NCBI GenBank assembly: GCA_000004695.1
Contig: CM000154.2
Coordinates: 5,061,353-5,125,352, forward strand
Direction: 5' to 3'
Length of the DNA stretch: 64,000 nt
Source: Dictyostelium discoideum
Lineage: Eukaryota
Made by a program: the position numbers and the translations under genes. Shown here piece after piece: positions 1-12,462 of the stretch. Below the pieces are notes generated by a model. It did not search any database, was not told the origin of the DNA, and worked only from the letters and a program-made list of their open reading frames with translations. Positions within the stretch are counted from its first letter, which is position 1. Every line of letters begins with the position of its first letter.

Positions 1-59
1 AATAAAAAAAAATAAAAATAATAATAATTATAAAAATTAATTTTATATGTTTTTTTTTT

Positions 60-272
60 TTATTTTTTTTTTTTAATAATAATACACTTACATCTTGAAA
101 CTAAACCAAATGCAATATTTGCCCAAAGAATAATTCCAATATTTTTAGAGTTGTGAAAATAAGCTGATAAGTTACCACTTGCTGCATTTACAACGCAATA
201 TGAAAAATTATTAATATTTCCCATAAAATGGAAACTAATCCAATTTCTAATAAATGTATAATCCTTTCCCAT
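60..272 (-). CDS. First exon, truncated at the window edge, of a minus-strand gene for a hydrophobic membrane-type protein. ATG at 270-272. The exon appears to end at a GTAAGTG donor near 77-83, and the intron runs off the 5' edge of the window.
   Basis: The 70-aa ORF starts with ATG (revcomp of cat at 270-272) and encodes hydrophobic stretches (NIGIILWANIAFGLVS). The minus-strand sequence around 80 reads ...aga t|gtaagtg, a strong Dictyostelium donor. No family recognised. Confidence 0.3.
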   Translation of the reverse strand: MGKDYTFIRNWISFHFMGNINNFSYCVVNAASGNLSAYFHNSKNIGIILWANIAFGLVSRCKCIIIKKKK

Positions 273-532
273 TTTGTTTATACTATTTAAATTAATAAAT
301 AAATAAATAATGAAAACAAATATATATATTTATCGTTTGTTGAATAGTATTTTAAATTTTAATATTGATATTTTAAAAAAATAAAATAAAAAAAAAAAAA
401 AAAAAAAAAAAAATTGTGGGGGGGCATAAATAATCAAAATAATAAATTTTTTTTTTTTGAAAAAAAAAAAAAAAAAAAACCAAAAAAAAAAAATTTATTT
501 TAATTATTTTGGAAAATTCAAACTCTTTTTCT

Positions 533-575
<43 letters not shown>

Positions 576-766
576 TTAAAAAAAAGATATATCTTGTAAA
601 ATTTGTATATATATATACTTAAAATAAAAAAAAAAAAAATAAAAAACTAAAAAAAAAAAAAATAATACATATAAAAAATTACAATAAAAAAAAAAGTAAA
701 ATTTTAAAAGGGGGTTGTCAATTTTTTTTTTTTATTTTTTTTATTTATTTATTTTATTTTATTGTA

Positions 767-1274
767 ATGACAAGTAGTATAAGCAAAATTATAAATTCAA
801 TTAATAAAAAAAATGGAGAAGGAGGTATAATATATAGTATAAAGAGGTTTTTATCAATTATAGGATTTTGTTGTTGCTTTTTATGTACATTTGATAATGA
901 AAGTCAAGATTATAGAGAGAATGAAATGAAGGAACCAATGACCAAAATTCGATTAGGATTTCGTGGTAAAGATACATGGATCAATGCAGAGGGTGTAAAT
1001 TTTCATCAAACTTTTGGAGTTTACTCTGTATTATTAGATGAAGACGATCAAGTGATACCATTAACAAAGAATGGTGAATTATTTGAACCATTGGATACCT
1101 CTAAAAAATATAAAATCGTTGCAAATAGGTATGGTAGTTCAGAATCAAAATGGAAACAACATAAAAAAAAAGAAAAAGATACTGTTAAAAATTATTCCAC
1201 ATTAAAAAAGCAAAAAAAGAAAAAACAAATTGAATTTTTAAAACAATTTAATGAAAAATCACAACAACCTAATC

Positions 1275-1337
<63 letters not shown>

Positions 1338-1386
1338 TAAATCAACCATTTGATCAACAACTTAACCAACAATTTGAACAACAACC

Positions 1387-1450
<64 letters not shown>

Positions 1451-1621
1451 CTACAACAACAACTTAGTACAGATATTGAAATTAATGATGAAATAACTTC
1501 CTATCCTATTGAAGTTGAAACTGTTAATAACAATGTAATAATACCGCATACTATTGAAAATAATATAATTGTAAAAAATATTAAAAAAGATTTCACAAGC
1601 GATAATAAATTTTTTACATAA
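767..1621 (+). CDS. Hypothetical protein with two long (CAA)n-encoded poly-Q tracts. Single exon, 284 aa.
   Basis: Uninterrupted ORF. The N-terminal ~150 aa are non-repetitive (TKIRLGFRGKDTWINAEGVNFHQTFGVYSVLLDEDDQVIPLTKNGELFEPLD). Poly-Q is encoded by CAA repeats at 1268-1335 and 1387-1450. No recognisable domain. Confidence 0.4.
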
Positions 1622-1994
1622 AGTAAATTAAATTTATACTTAAATATATATATAGAAAAAAAATAAAATTAAACATTTTAAATAGTTTTTTTTTATTTTA
1701 TTTGAATTAGATTAGTTAAATTAGATTCATTAATTTTCAATATTTGACATAGCAAAAGTCATTTTTTCATATGAATTTTAAAAGAAACGCTAATTAATTT
1801 CTAATTTAAAAAATAATTAAAAAAATAAATCAATTTTAAAATAAAAATTAAATAAAAAAAAAAAGAGAAACATATCTTACCAATAAAACAATGAAACCAT
1901 TTATTAAATATTTTATTTATTTTATTTAATTTATTTATTTTGATATTTATTTTGATATTTTTTTTATAATTTTTTTTTTTTAAATTTAATTTTT

Positions 1995-4900
1995 TTAATA
2001 ATGATGTAATAAACCTAAAGATTCAGCAGCTTTCTTTCTAACAGCAGGTGATTTTTCAGCCAAAAGACCAACTAAAGATTTTGTAAGAATTGTAGAATTA
2101 ATATTTGTTTGAGTTCTTTTATCTTCAGTTAAATTACCAAGAATGAAACCAATAAAAGTAGCGGCATTACCTCTAAGGTTTACCCAAGTTGATTTAAAGA
2201 ATTCAATTACAGTCATTACAAAGTAATTTACACGTTCTGGATAATTGATGATTAGTAATTTTGAAAAGTCCAATAAGAATTCTTCATAGTTTGGTTGATC
2301 ATTATCACCAACAAAACCTTTTGATTTATTATTGAAATAGTCCATAGCATCTTGTGATCTCATTAAAGTTGATAATTGGAATAAAGTTTTCTTACAAGAG
2401 TTTTTAACCGATTGAACATCATCATTTAAATGCATAATGAGTGATGGTAAAGAACTATGAATTTGTTCATAGAATGGGTCACAAGCAGAACCAGAACCAA
2501 ATCTCCAAAGTGAACCAAAGAGTTGGAATGAGGCGGCACGAATTGAATCATTTGGTTTCTCAAAGGCTGGTCTAATACGATTACAAATATTGACAAGGAT
2601 TGGTGCAACACGACCTTCATCAGCAACTTCAAATATTTTTGAAAGACCCAACATACATTCCATTGCCATAGTTTCATCTTGATCATCGATTGAAGTCGAC
2701 AAAGCATCAATAACTGTTGGTGCATAACGATTGGTTTGTTCGACACCAGCACTAACAATATTTGAAAGACCTTTTAATGAAATTAATTTAACCAATGGAT
2801 CAACCAATGAATTCAAAAGTGTATTAATTAATCTTTGAATGAGTTCTTTATCTTTACAATGATTAATTAGCTCAGTGGTTACAGAGATTGTAACAATACG
2901 ATGTTCTAAATGATTTGAACGTTGATATGGTAATAGATATTGGAAAATACCTTGAATTAAATCTGGATGATGTGATGAAACCACCGATAGAATTTCAATG
3001 ATACCTTGATGATAGAATGGTGTTTCCAATTGACTGAAACTACCTTTTGATTCAATCTCTGCCAATAGAGTTTCTTCCTCTTTTGTACATTTAAAGAATT
3101 GACGGAATGTTACCAACATTTGTTGTGATGGTATCAATGAAATGGCTGATGCTTTTGCTTTTGGATTAGTTGATGCAACTTCAATTAGACATGGTAATGA
3201 ATTATTACAAGTACCAGCACGTAATACCAATGTTGAAATCAATTGATGATAAAAATATTTTACAACTTCTTCAACCTCTGTCAATTGGAAAATTTCACCC
3301 AATGAACAAGTTGCTGCCAATGCAATTGCAAATGGTTGTGGGATAATTCTATTCTTATTCTTTGGATCTGGTTTCTCTTCATAGACTGGTTTATTATTTA
3401 ATAAATCCATTAAATGAATTAAAGTTGGACTAATTAAATTTTTATCTTTAGCAATGATTTGGAATGATTTAATAACATGAACACTATGTGGCATTGGGTA
3501 TTCTAATAACACTGATAACACTGGAATTAAATGATGATTTGCTAAACTTCTCAATGAAACCAATGTACCATTCATTGTGGTTTCACTAGTGATACCCTCC
3601 ATTGCAGTTAATAAACCTTTGACCAATATTGGTACATATTCAATTAACTCTTCACCACGAGTTTTAATAAGGCCATTGATTATGATACAAGAACCATTGG
3701 TTGAGAATGCTTGTAAATCTTGTAAACCTTTAATTGAACCTTCCAAGAATTTTGGAATCTCTTCAAGTGATATCATTTTTGAAATGATAACAGAGATTTC
3801 AAATACCAATGAGAATTGTTCATTCACTTCGGTCGTGGTAATACTATCACGAATTGATGTTAATGGATGAAGTACTTCACTTGGTTTAACCCTACGATTA
3901 TCAGGTGTTGCATTCTTTAACATGAAACCAATATAAAGAATCAATTGAATAGATTCAACAGCATAACGACGAACATTAATCTCTGGATCAGTACAACGTG
4001 GAATCAATACTGATAAGGTTGTACCAATTGAATCGAATAGTTTATCAGTTGGCATTGAATCTGAATCGGTTGAATATTCAATAAACTTCTTTACCAAATA
4101 AAGTATACAAAATAATGAACGTTCACGAATATGAGCATCCTTTGAACGTGATAATGGATCTAAATAACCAATTAATCTATTTAAACAAGCGATGGTTGTT
4201 TGATTATAAAGTATAGTTGATAATAAATTATTAACAGATGTAATTAATGAATTAACTTCTTTATACTCATCAGAATCTGTATTTGTAGCATTTGCTGGTG
4301 AAACTTGTTGATTAAAGAATGATAATGATAAATTAATGATTTGAACCTCTAATTCCAATGAAATCATTGGTTCTAAATTAACTAATGTTGAACAAGCATT
4401 TGTACCATCGATTTTAACTTGATTATTTGTTGATGGTGGTGGAGTACTCATATAACTAATTAAAAGTTTCATTAATTCATCACGTTGTTTGAATATAAAA
4501 GTTGAAGCTTTATTTGGATGTAAAGCTTTACCAATTAAATCAATCATTTTAATTGATGATAATTTCTTTGGTACTTTTTTCAATTGTAAAATCGATGGTT
4601 TGATTGGTTGAATTACATGAACCTCAACACGTGACGAAAACAATGCTGATTGAGCATAGGTTGCTGAATAACCCAATGAAAGAAGTATACAATTTTTAAT
4701 ACCTTTTGGACCTTTCTTACCAAAGAAACCAGATTTCTTTACCATTGAATTTTTAATATAGAAATTGATTTTCTCTAAAACGATATCAAAATGTGATGCG
4801 CCACAATAACCCAAACCAATTGCACAACCTTCATTCTCTAGAGAATTTGTATAATCCACCGATGTGAACATAACTTCAATTTTACTCTTTACAAATTCTT

Positions 4901-6066
4901 TATGTGAACATTTTTGCATAATTAAACCCATTTGTTTATAGAGTGATCTCTTTAATATTGGATCTTTTTTATAGTGATCGATTTGTTCAGACATTGAATT
5001 ACCCAATGCAACTGTCCATTCATCATCGGCTGCATTTTTAATAGTTTCAGAGAGTAAACGAAGTACTAATTCTTCCCATTGATTTTTATTCCAAGTTTCA
5101 ATATCGGTATGATCTTCGAGATAAGAGATTAACTTTGGTAATGTAACATCCCACATATCACAAATGGATGGATGAAGGATTGGTCCAATTGCTTTCATAT
5201 TTTCTAATATTCTAATTCCCAATTGATTACGACGTAATGGTGCTGTCAAAAGTACGAAATAACGAGCGATGATTTGAGTTGGTTTTGGTAAATTAATTTC
5301 CTTATCGAAATCGATATAATAATCATCGGAATCAACCGATTTCTTTGAGAGTGCAATATAGGTGAGTGATTTAGTTACCACTGGTATTGCTGCTGTGTAT
5401 TGTTCAGGTAGGATGAATTCGAATAGGTATGGCCAAAGAATCGATTCCAATTGTGGCATTGTTGTGGTGATTAAATTTAAAATATTATCACAAATTAAAC
5501 GTAATTCACTATCGGTTACATGTAAATCTGGATTTTCAATTTTCTTTGGTGGTTGTGTTGGTTGTGCTTTACCAATCTCACTATCTTGATACCAACTACT
5601 ACCCTTTACAATGAATTCCAATAATGTTAAACCACCCTCCATTTCAAGATAACCATAAGGTGCCATTGCAATGATAATTTGTGCCAAATATTTCTTTATG
5701 AATAATGATGGTTCAGTTTGAATCAATGGTTTAATTGCAGAGAGAATCAATGGTTTCTTATCGGCCAACTCTACATCTAAACGTGTTACAATATGACGAA
5801 TAATTGATAATGATCCTGCTCTTGATCTAAGATCTCTATTCTCTAAACGTTGATTTAAAAATGATATCAAAACATCTGAATATCCTCTACCAATAACTTC
5901 AAAACAACGTAAAACCTCATTATAAGTTTTAGTTGATGCTGGATTACTATAATCTGGTACAATGCATACTAATGGATGTAATGTTGTCATAATTGGTATT
6001 AATAATTCATTAACTTGTAATTTTAAATCATTTTTAACACAAACTTCTAAAATACAACATAATGAC

Positions 6067-6098
<32 letters not shown>

Positions 6099-7348
6099 TA
6101 AATATAATAAAAAAAAAAAAAAAAAGAATTATTTGTTAATAAATTTAATTTAATTTAAAAAAAAAATATAATTTTTTTTAAAAAAAAAAAAAAAAAACAT
6201 ACATGGGTAACTGGTAATAAATCTTTTTCTTTTTTTAACATTGATAAAACACCAACTACTAATTTTTGAATTTGAGATTCTAATTGTTCAACTGAAAGAA
6301 TTGAACAAATTGAACCAACTGCTTCAATGGTTACTAATCTAACTTTTTCATGATTTGTACCTAACCATTTTGAAAACATTAATTCAAGTGCTGGATAAAA
6401 TTCAGAACTAAAACTATACAATGTTAATGATTTATCTGGTGCTGTATCAATATTTGCAACATATTGCACAATTGCATCTGCAAAATGACCTAATGCTGCT
6501 GCAAATACCCATTTAAAATTATCATGTTTAATTGTACCTAAAACTGGTAAAATACGTGATAAAATTTCTCTAATTTTTGGTACAGTTGGTATTGCTATTT
6601 TTTAAAAAAAATAAGAATAATGGTTAATATATAAATATATATTTATTTTGTTATTATTTTATTTTTATTTTGAAAAAAAAAAAAAACATACGATTTGAAC
6701 TAATAAAATCACCTAAAGTTTTCATAACGAAATAATGTGGTAATGTACCTGGTTCAAAACGTTTTAATAATTCATCCATAATTTGTGATGGATAACGTAA
6801 ACCTAATGAAACCAATAATGATGATGCAACTTGTTGCCAATCTGGTACAACTTCTTTATCTCTTGTCATCTCTGAAATTGACATTGCAATTAAATTTAGT
6901 GATAATGCATCTGTTAATTGATTTCTAGTTTGTTCTAAAATTTGTAAAATACTATTTAAAATTTTAACCCTATGAGTTTGATCTATCTAAATACAAAAAA
7001 AAATATAAAAATAAAAAAATAAAAATAAAAATTGATTAGTTTTATTTTTATTTCACACACACACAAATAATCCTTTGGGAAAAAAAAAAAAAAAATTTTT
7101 TAAACAATAATTTAATCCAATTCAAAAAAAAAAAAAAAATAAACAATAATTTAATTGATTACCTTTTGGTTCTTATTTATATAATCACATGCAACTTGTA
7201 AAACAAAATTTGGTTGTCTAAAACCAATTTCGTATAAACTATTTACAACAGTACTTCTAACACTTTCATCACTGTCGCTTAATGATTGCAACAATGATGT
7301 GACAATATTATCCAAAACTGGAGAAATTTGTTGATTTTTTTTTGACAT
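1995..7348 (-). CDS. mroh1: Maestro heat-like repeat protein (MROH1/HEATR7A homolog), ~1647 aa. Exons complement(join(1995..6065,6203..6594,6692..6986,7163..7348)).
   Basis: Exon 2 translation (SEMTRDKEVVPDWQQVASSLLVSLGLRYPSQIMDELLKRFEPGTLPHYFVMKTLGDFISSN) aligns closely with human MROH1 residues ~95-160 (SSEMTKVKDLVWDWQQAASSVLVAVGRRF...LPHRAVLHTL). Exons 3 and 4 continue the alignment (ILSRILPVLGTIKHDNFKWVFAAALGHF; EVLRCFEVIGR vs EVLRCFTVLAC). The 1331-aa terminal exon has HEAT-like repeats. Introns have GTAATC/GTATGT donors and AG acceptors with frame continuity. Length matches human (1641 aa). Confidence 0.85.
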
Positions 7349-7675
7349 TTTTAATGTTTAATTTTAAAAAAATATCAAAAAAAAAAAAAGGATTAATTAT
7401 TTAAAGGGTGAAAAAAAAAAAAATGGAAAAAAAAAAAAAAAAAAGATATATTGATTGAAACACAAATAACTATAAAATTCAAAAGAAAAATCTTTAAGTT
7501 GGTTTTTTTTTTATTTTAAAAAAAAAATAAAATAAAAATTTTTTTTTTTATTTTTTTTATTTTTTTTTTATTTTATTTTTTTTTATTTTTTTTTTTTTTT
7601 GAGAACAATGAAAATATGGGTGATGAATAATTTGTGCTTTTTACCTAATTTTATTAATAATAAATGTTCAAAAAT

Positions 7676-8415
7676 AAAATAAAATAAAAATGATAACTTA
7701 AATTATTTCCTTTTTTTTTTTTTTTTTTTTTTTTCTCTCATAGATTTATTATTTTCACATTATTTAGTAAAATCAAACCAATAAATTCTATAAAATGTTA
7801 AGATAAAAAAAAAAAATAAAAAAAAAATAATAAAATAAATAAAATAAAAATAATAATAAAAAAACAAATTTGTTTTATTAATTAAAATATATAGATTGAT
7901 CCTTGGAAAGCAATAGCATCTAACCAAGAAGTTTATGCAACTTTTCTCTGGATCCAAATGTAAATTTAAACCTTTTATACCTACTGATAAAATGGATTTC
8001 CATTGTTTTCAAGTGGAAGATTGTTAATGGTATACCTATCCATAGAGATGTACCATCTTGTTATAATATGATAGTCAAATGTAAGGTTGAAATCTATGCT
8101 TCTCATTTAAATACGAAAGATGATTTAATTTTCAATGTATTTAGTTCAGCTTTTTAAAAGAAAAAAAATAAATAAATCCATTCATTCATATTCCATTGTT
8201 CTAAAATAAATAAAAAATTAAAAATGAAAATATGAATGAATTTATTTTTTTTTAAAAAAAAAATAAAAAAAAAAAAAAAATAAATAAATAAATAAAATAA
8301 AAATGATAACTTAAATTATTTCCTTTTTTTTTTTTCTCTTAAGATTTTTTTATTTTTTTTATTAATATTTTCACATTATTTAGTTAACATTTTATAGAAT
8401 TTGGTTTGATTTTTT
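7676..8415. repeat. Two copies of a ~125-bp A/T-rich element (7676-7802 and 8281-8415) bracketing a GC-richer non-coding island (~7895-8160). The terminal ~30-bp sub-segment is inverted between the copies.
   Basis: The motif aataaaataaaaatgataacttaaattatttcc + T-run + ...ttttcacattatttagt occurs at 7683-7769 and 8288-8386. Copy 1 is followed by aaaatcaaaccaataaattctataaaatgttaa (7770-7802). Copy 2 is followed by taacattttatagaatttggtttgatttt (8386-8414), which is the reverse complement of that segment minus 3 nt. Confidence 0.5.
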
Positions 8416-8490
8416 TAAGATTTTAAAAAGAAAAAAATAATTAAAAAAATAAATAAATAAAAAAATATCAAAATCTGATAAAAATAGAAT

Positions 8491-8530
<40 letters not shown>

Positions 8531-9284
8531 TAATTTGATCATCAATATATTTAATCGCTTCAAACAATAGCTTTTTTTTCTTATAAGTTTATCATATCTT
8601 TTTTGGTTTCTCGTTGTTGATTACCATAAAATTAGTGGAATTTTTAGAAATCTTATAAATAAATTTTTTCTTTTTTTTTTCTTTTTTTTTTCATGAAAAA
8701 AATTCAAAATGAATTTAATTTAATTTTTTTAATTTTTTGAAAAAAAAAATCATTCAAAAAAAAAAATATAAATTTAAAAAAAATTTTATCATTTTAATCA
8801 TTTGTTAATCAAATATCAAAGTAAATATTATTATTATTATTGTATAAATAATTAATTCAATTTTTTTTTTTTTCTTTTTCTCTCCCCATCTTTTGCAATG
8901 TAATAATACAAAAAAAAAAAAAAAAAAAAATAATATAAACAAATAAATATCAGAATCAACCCACACATATAAAAAAAAAAAAAAAACTCGCAGCATATTG
9001 GTTTTAAAAAAAAATAAAATAATAATAATAATACCCAAGATTAAAAAAGAAAAAAAAAAAAAAAAAAAAAAGGAATTTAATAATTAAAATTTAATATTCA
9101 AAAATAAAAAATATCATAATCAAATTTGATTTTTTTTTTTTTCTTTATTTATTAACAAAACTATTCACACACCATCCGATCAATCTTTTTTTTTATGTTT
9201 TTTTTTTTTTTTCAGATATTTTTCCTCTAACTGCAAAATATCCTAATTTTTTTCAAAAAAAAACATTTTTTTTTTATTTTTTTC

Positions 9285-9315
<31 letters not shown>

Positions 9316-9460
9316 TTTTTTTTTTTTCTAAAAATTTTTTTTGATTATTAACTTTATCAAATTTCTTTTTTTTTTTTTTTATAGATTTTTTTTTTTTTTT
9401 TTTTAATTTAAATTATTTTCTCCAAATTTATTTTTAATATACAAATAATATATATATAAA

Positions 9461-12114
9461 ATGGCTACACCAGTCCAAGCTTCTACTGTAATTCGTGTTA
9501 AACCACATCATTATATTCATGTAAGTAATTTTGAATTTAATTTTTATAATATAATAATTAAATATTTATATTAATAATTTATATTTTTTTTTTTTTTTAT
9601 AAATTATTATTATTATTTATTAAATTCTTTTAGGTATTAGATAATAATACAAATGTTACAAGAGTTGAAGTTGGACCACAAACATTTACTAGACAAGATC
9701 ATGAACGTGTATTAAATCCAACTCCATTACCAATGATTTTGATCCCACCAAGACAATATTGTATTATTGAAAACCCAATTATTAGAGATAAAGAAGGTAA
9801 ATTAGTTGTTGATAAATTCAATCAACCAAAACTCCGTCATGGTGATCAAGAAATTCGTTTCTCTCAAGATCCATTCCCATTATATCCAGGTGAAGTTGTC
9901 ATTGCTCAACCAGTTCCATTACAAGTCATCCAAACCAATAGTGCACTTCGTTTGAAATGTCTTCGTGATTTCGTTGAAGTCAAAGCTGACAAAACCACAG
10001 TCAGTCACATTGCTGGTGATGAATGGTTATTCGAAGGTCCAGGTACCTATTATCCACGTGTTGAAGTTCAAGTTGTTGAACCAGTTCGTGCAGTTATCAT
10101 CAAAGAAAATCAAGCACTCAAATTACGTGCTCGTCTCTCATTTGTTGACCGTCGTGATGTAGTTCGTCAAGTTGGTGAAGAATGGTTAGTTCGTGAAAGT
10201 GGTGCCTATCTTCCAGGTGTCAGTGAAGAAATTGTTGGTTTCATTCAAGCCTTAGTCTTAACCGATCGTATCGCTTATCAATTATTAGCCACTCGTTCAT
10301 TCACCGATAGCTTTGGTAAAGTTAGAAAAGCTGGTGAAGAATGGATTATCACTCAAAAGGATTGTGATACCTATATCCCAGATGTCAATGAAAAAGTCAT
10401 TCGTGATATTAAAGCTATCACTCTTACCAATCGTCAATACTGTATCGTTGAGAATCCAATTGATCCAAAAACCGGTAAAAATAAATTGGGTCACAAAGAA
10501 CTCCTCCAAGGTGATCGTACTTTCTTCCTTATGCCAGGTGAAAGTTTAGTTAAAGGTATCCAAAATGTTAATGTTTTATCTGAAGATGAAGCTTTACTCT
10601 TAAGTGCCAAAGAGGAATTTGTCGAAAAGAAAGGTACCACCACCATCGTTCACAAACCAGGTGATCTTTGGATGATTTATGGTCCATGTGATTACATTCC
10701 ACCAATTCAAGTCGATGTTGTTGAACGTAGAAAGCGTATTCCATTAGATGTCAACGAAGGTATCTATGTCCGTGATATTAAAACTGGTAAAGTTCGTTCA
10801 GTTCATGGTTCATCCTACATGTTATTACCAAATGAAGAACGTTGGGCTAAACCATTAGCACCAATCGTCGAAGAACTCCTCAAAAAATCTGCATCACGTG
10901 ATCAAAATGAAGAACACAATGAATCTGATCGTGATTCAACCAAAGTTATCACCTATCGTGTACCACACAATGCCGCCGTTCAAATCTTTGATTACAGAAA
11001 GAAAGAAGCTCGTGTTGTATTTGGTCCAGAACTTGTTATGTTAGAACCAGATGAGGAATTCACTGTTCTCTCTTTATCTGGTAAGATTCCAAAACGTCCA
11101 AATCACATTCGTTCATTGGCTCTCTTCTTGGGTCCAGATTTCATGACCGATTTAATCACTGTCGAAACTGCTGATCATGCTCGTCTCTCACTCAAATTAT
11201 CTTACAACTGGCACTTTAAGGTCGAGCAAGACAATCCATCCAAATTATTCGCCACCTCTGATTTCACTGGTGATTTATGTAAAGCCACTGGTAGTTTAGT
11301 TCGTGCCGCCGTCGCTGCCAGCACCTTTGATAACTTCCACAAACACTCTTCCGATATCATTCAACAAGCCGTTTTCGGTTCAACCGATGGTTCAAGCAAT
11401 GATTGCTTATACTTTGAAACCAATGGTTTGGTCATCACAAACATTGATGTTCAATCTGTAGAACCAGTCGATCAACGTACTCTTGATTCTTTACAAAAAT
11501 CTGTTCAATTAGCCATTGAAATTACCACCAAATCACAAGAAGCCACTGCTCGTCAAGAAGCTGAACGTTTAGAACAAATGGCTCGTGGTGAACTTGAACG
11601 TCAAAAGATTATCGATGAAGCCAAGAACGAAGAATCTCGTTCCAAATTGGTCCAATTACAAGCTCAATCAGCTGCTGTCGAATCAACTGGTCAAGCTGTT
11701 GCTGAAGCTCGTGCTCGTGCTGAAGCCGCCATCATTGAAGCTGAAAGTGAAATCAAACAAGCTCGTCTCTCAACCAGAGCCATTGAAATTGAAGCTCTCT
11801 CTGAAATTGAAAATCTTAAAGCCAAACATATTGTTGAAATCCAACACATCAAATCACTCAACAATCTCGAATTAATTAAAGCCAAAGAAAGTGCTACCAT
11901 CGAAACTACCAAATTCGAAAACTATGTTGAAGCCCTCGGTTCCGATACTATCAAATCAATCGCCCAAGCTCCAGAAGAAACCAAGGCTAAATTATTAGCT
12001 GGTTTGGGTCTCAAATCATTCATGATTACTGATGGTAAATCACCACTCAATCTTTTCGATACTGCCAATGGTTTAATTGCTGATGCTCAAAGATCAGAAG
12101 TCGATGAAGAATAA
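9461..12114 (+). CDS. Major vault protein, 846 aa. Exons join(9461..9520,9634..12114).
   Basis: Exon 1 [20 protein letters not shown] plus exon 2 [43 protein letters not shown] matches the conserved MVP N-terminus ([37 protein letters not shown]...VPPRHYC). The rest is repeated MVP domains and a C-terminal coiled-coil shoulder/cap region ([20 protein letters not shown]...). Intron 9521-9633 has a GTAAGT donor and TAG acceptor. The 846-aa length would fit mvpB rather than mvpA if my memory of the two Dictyostelium paralog lengths is right, but I have not assigned it. Confidence 0.9.
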
Positions 12115-12462
12115 AATTTTTAGTAATCACAGAAAAAAAAAAAAAAAATCTAAAAAACTAAACAAATTTAAAATTATATTTTTACAGCTTAATTGCCAAA
12201 GTAAAAATATAAAAACTAATAAACAAATAATGTAAAATTAAAATTAAATTTAACTTTTTTTTCTTTTTTTTTTTTTCTTTTTTTCCAAAATATATTATAT
12301 TTTCAAATAAAATATTATTTCAAACCTTTCTATTATTTATTTTTAAAATATACTTTTATTTATTTATTTTTTTAATTATTGATTTAATTTTATTACTTTT
12401 GTTTGAAATATTTTTTTTTTATTTTTTTTTTATTTTTTTCTTTTTTTATTATTATTATTTAA

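Noticed and set aside
2426-3870. ORFs 2426..2758(-) and 3577..3870(+) overlapping the MROH1 terminal exon. Similar antisense or alternative-frame ORFs sit inside MVP (9965..10162, 10297..10549, 11585..11912), glpD (12530..12953, 14181..14498, 15041..15286), nup155 (16965..17264, 18900..19109), dhx8 (46211..46749) and others.
   Set aside because: They lie inside long, confidently identified coding exons on the other strand or frame. They have odd composition and no homology. They are typical shadow ORFs.
7895-8160. tRNA or snoRNA gene in the GC-richer island. A near C-box GATGATTT is present.
   Set aside because: There is no cloverleaf-compatible sequence (no GGTTCGAATCC-type T-arm) and no exact RUGAUGA/CUGA box pair at proper spacing. 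I kept it only as an unexplained non-coding island, not an annotated RNA gene.
9461-12114. Assigning the vault gene specifically to mvpA or mvpB.
   Set aside because: It is clearly MVP, but the paralog cannot be decided from memory of the sequences. Only the 846-aa length hints at mvpB.
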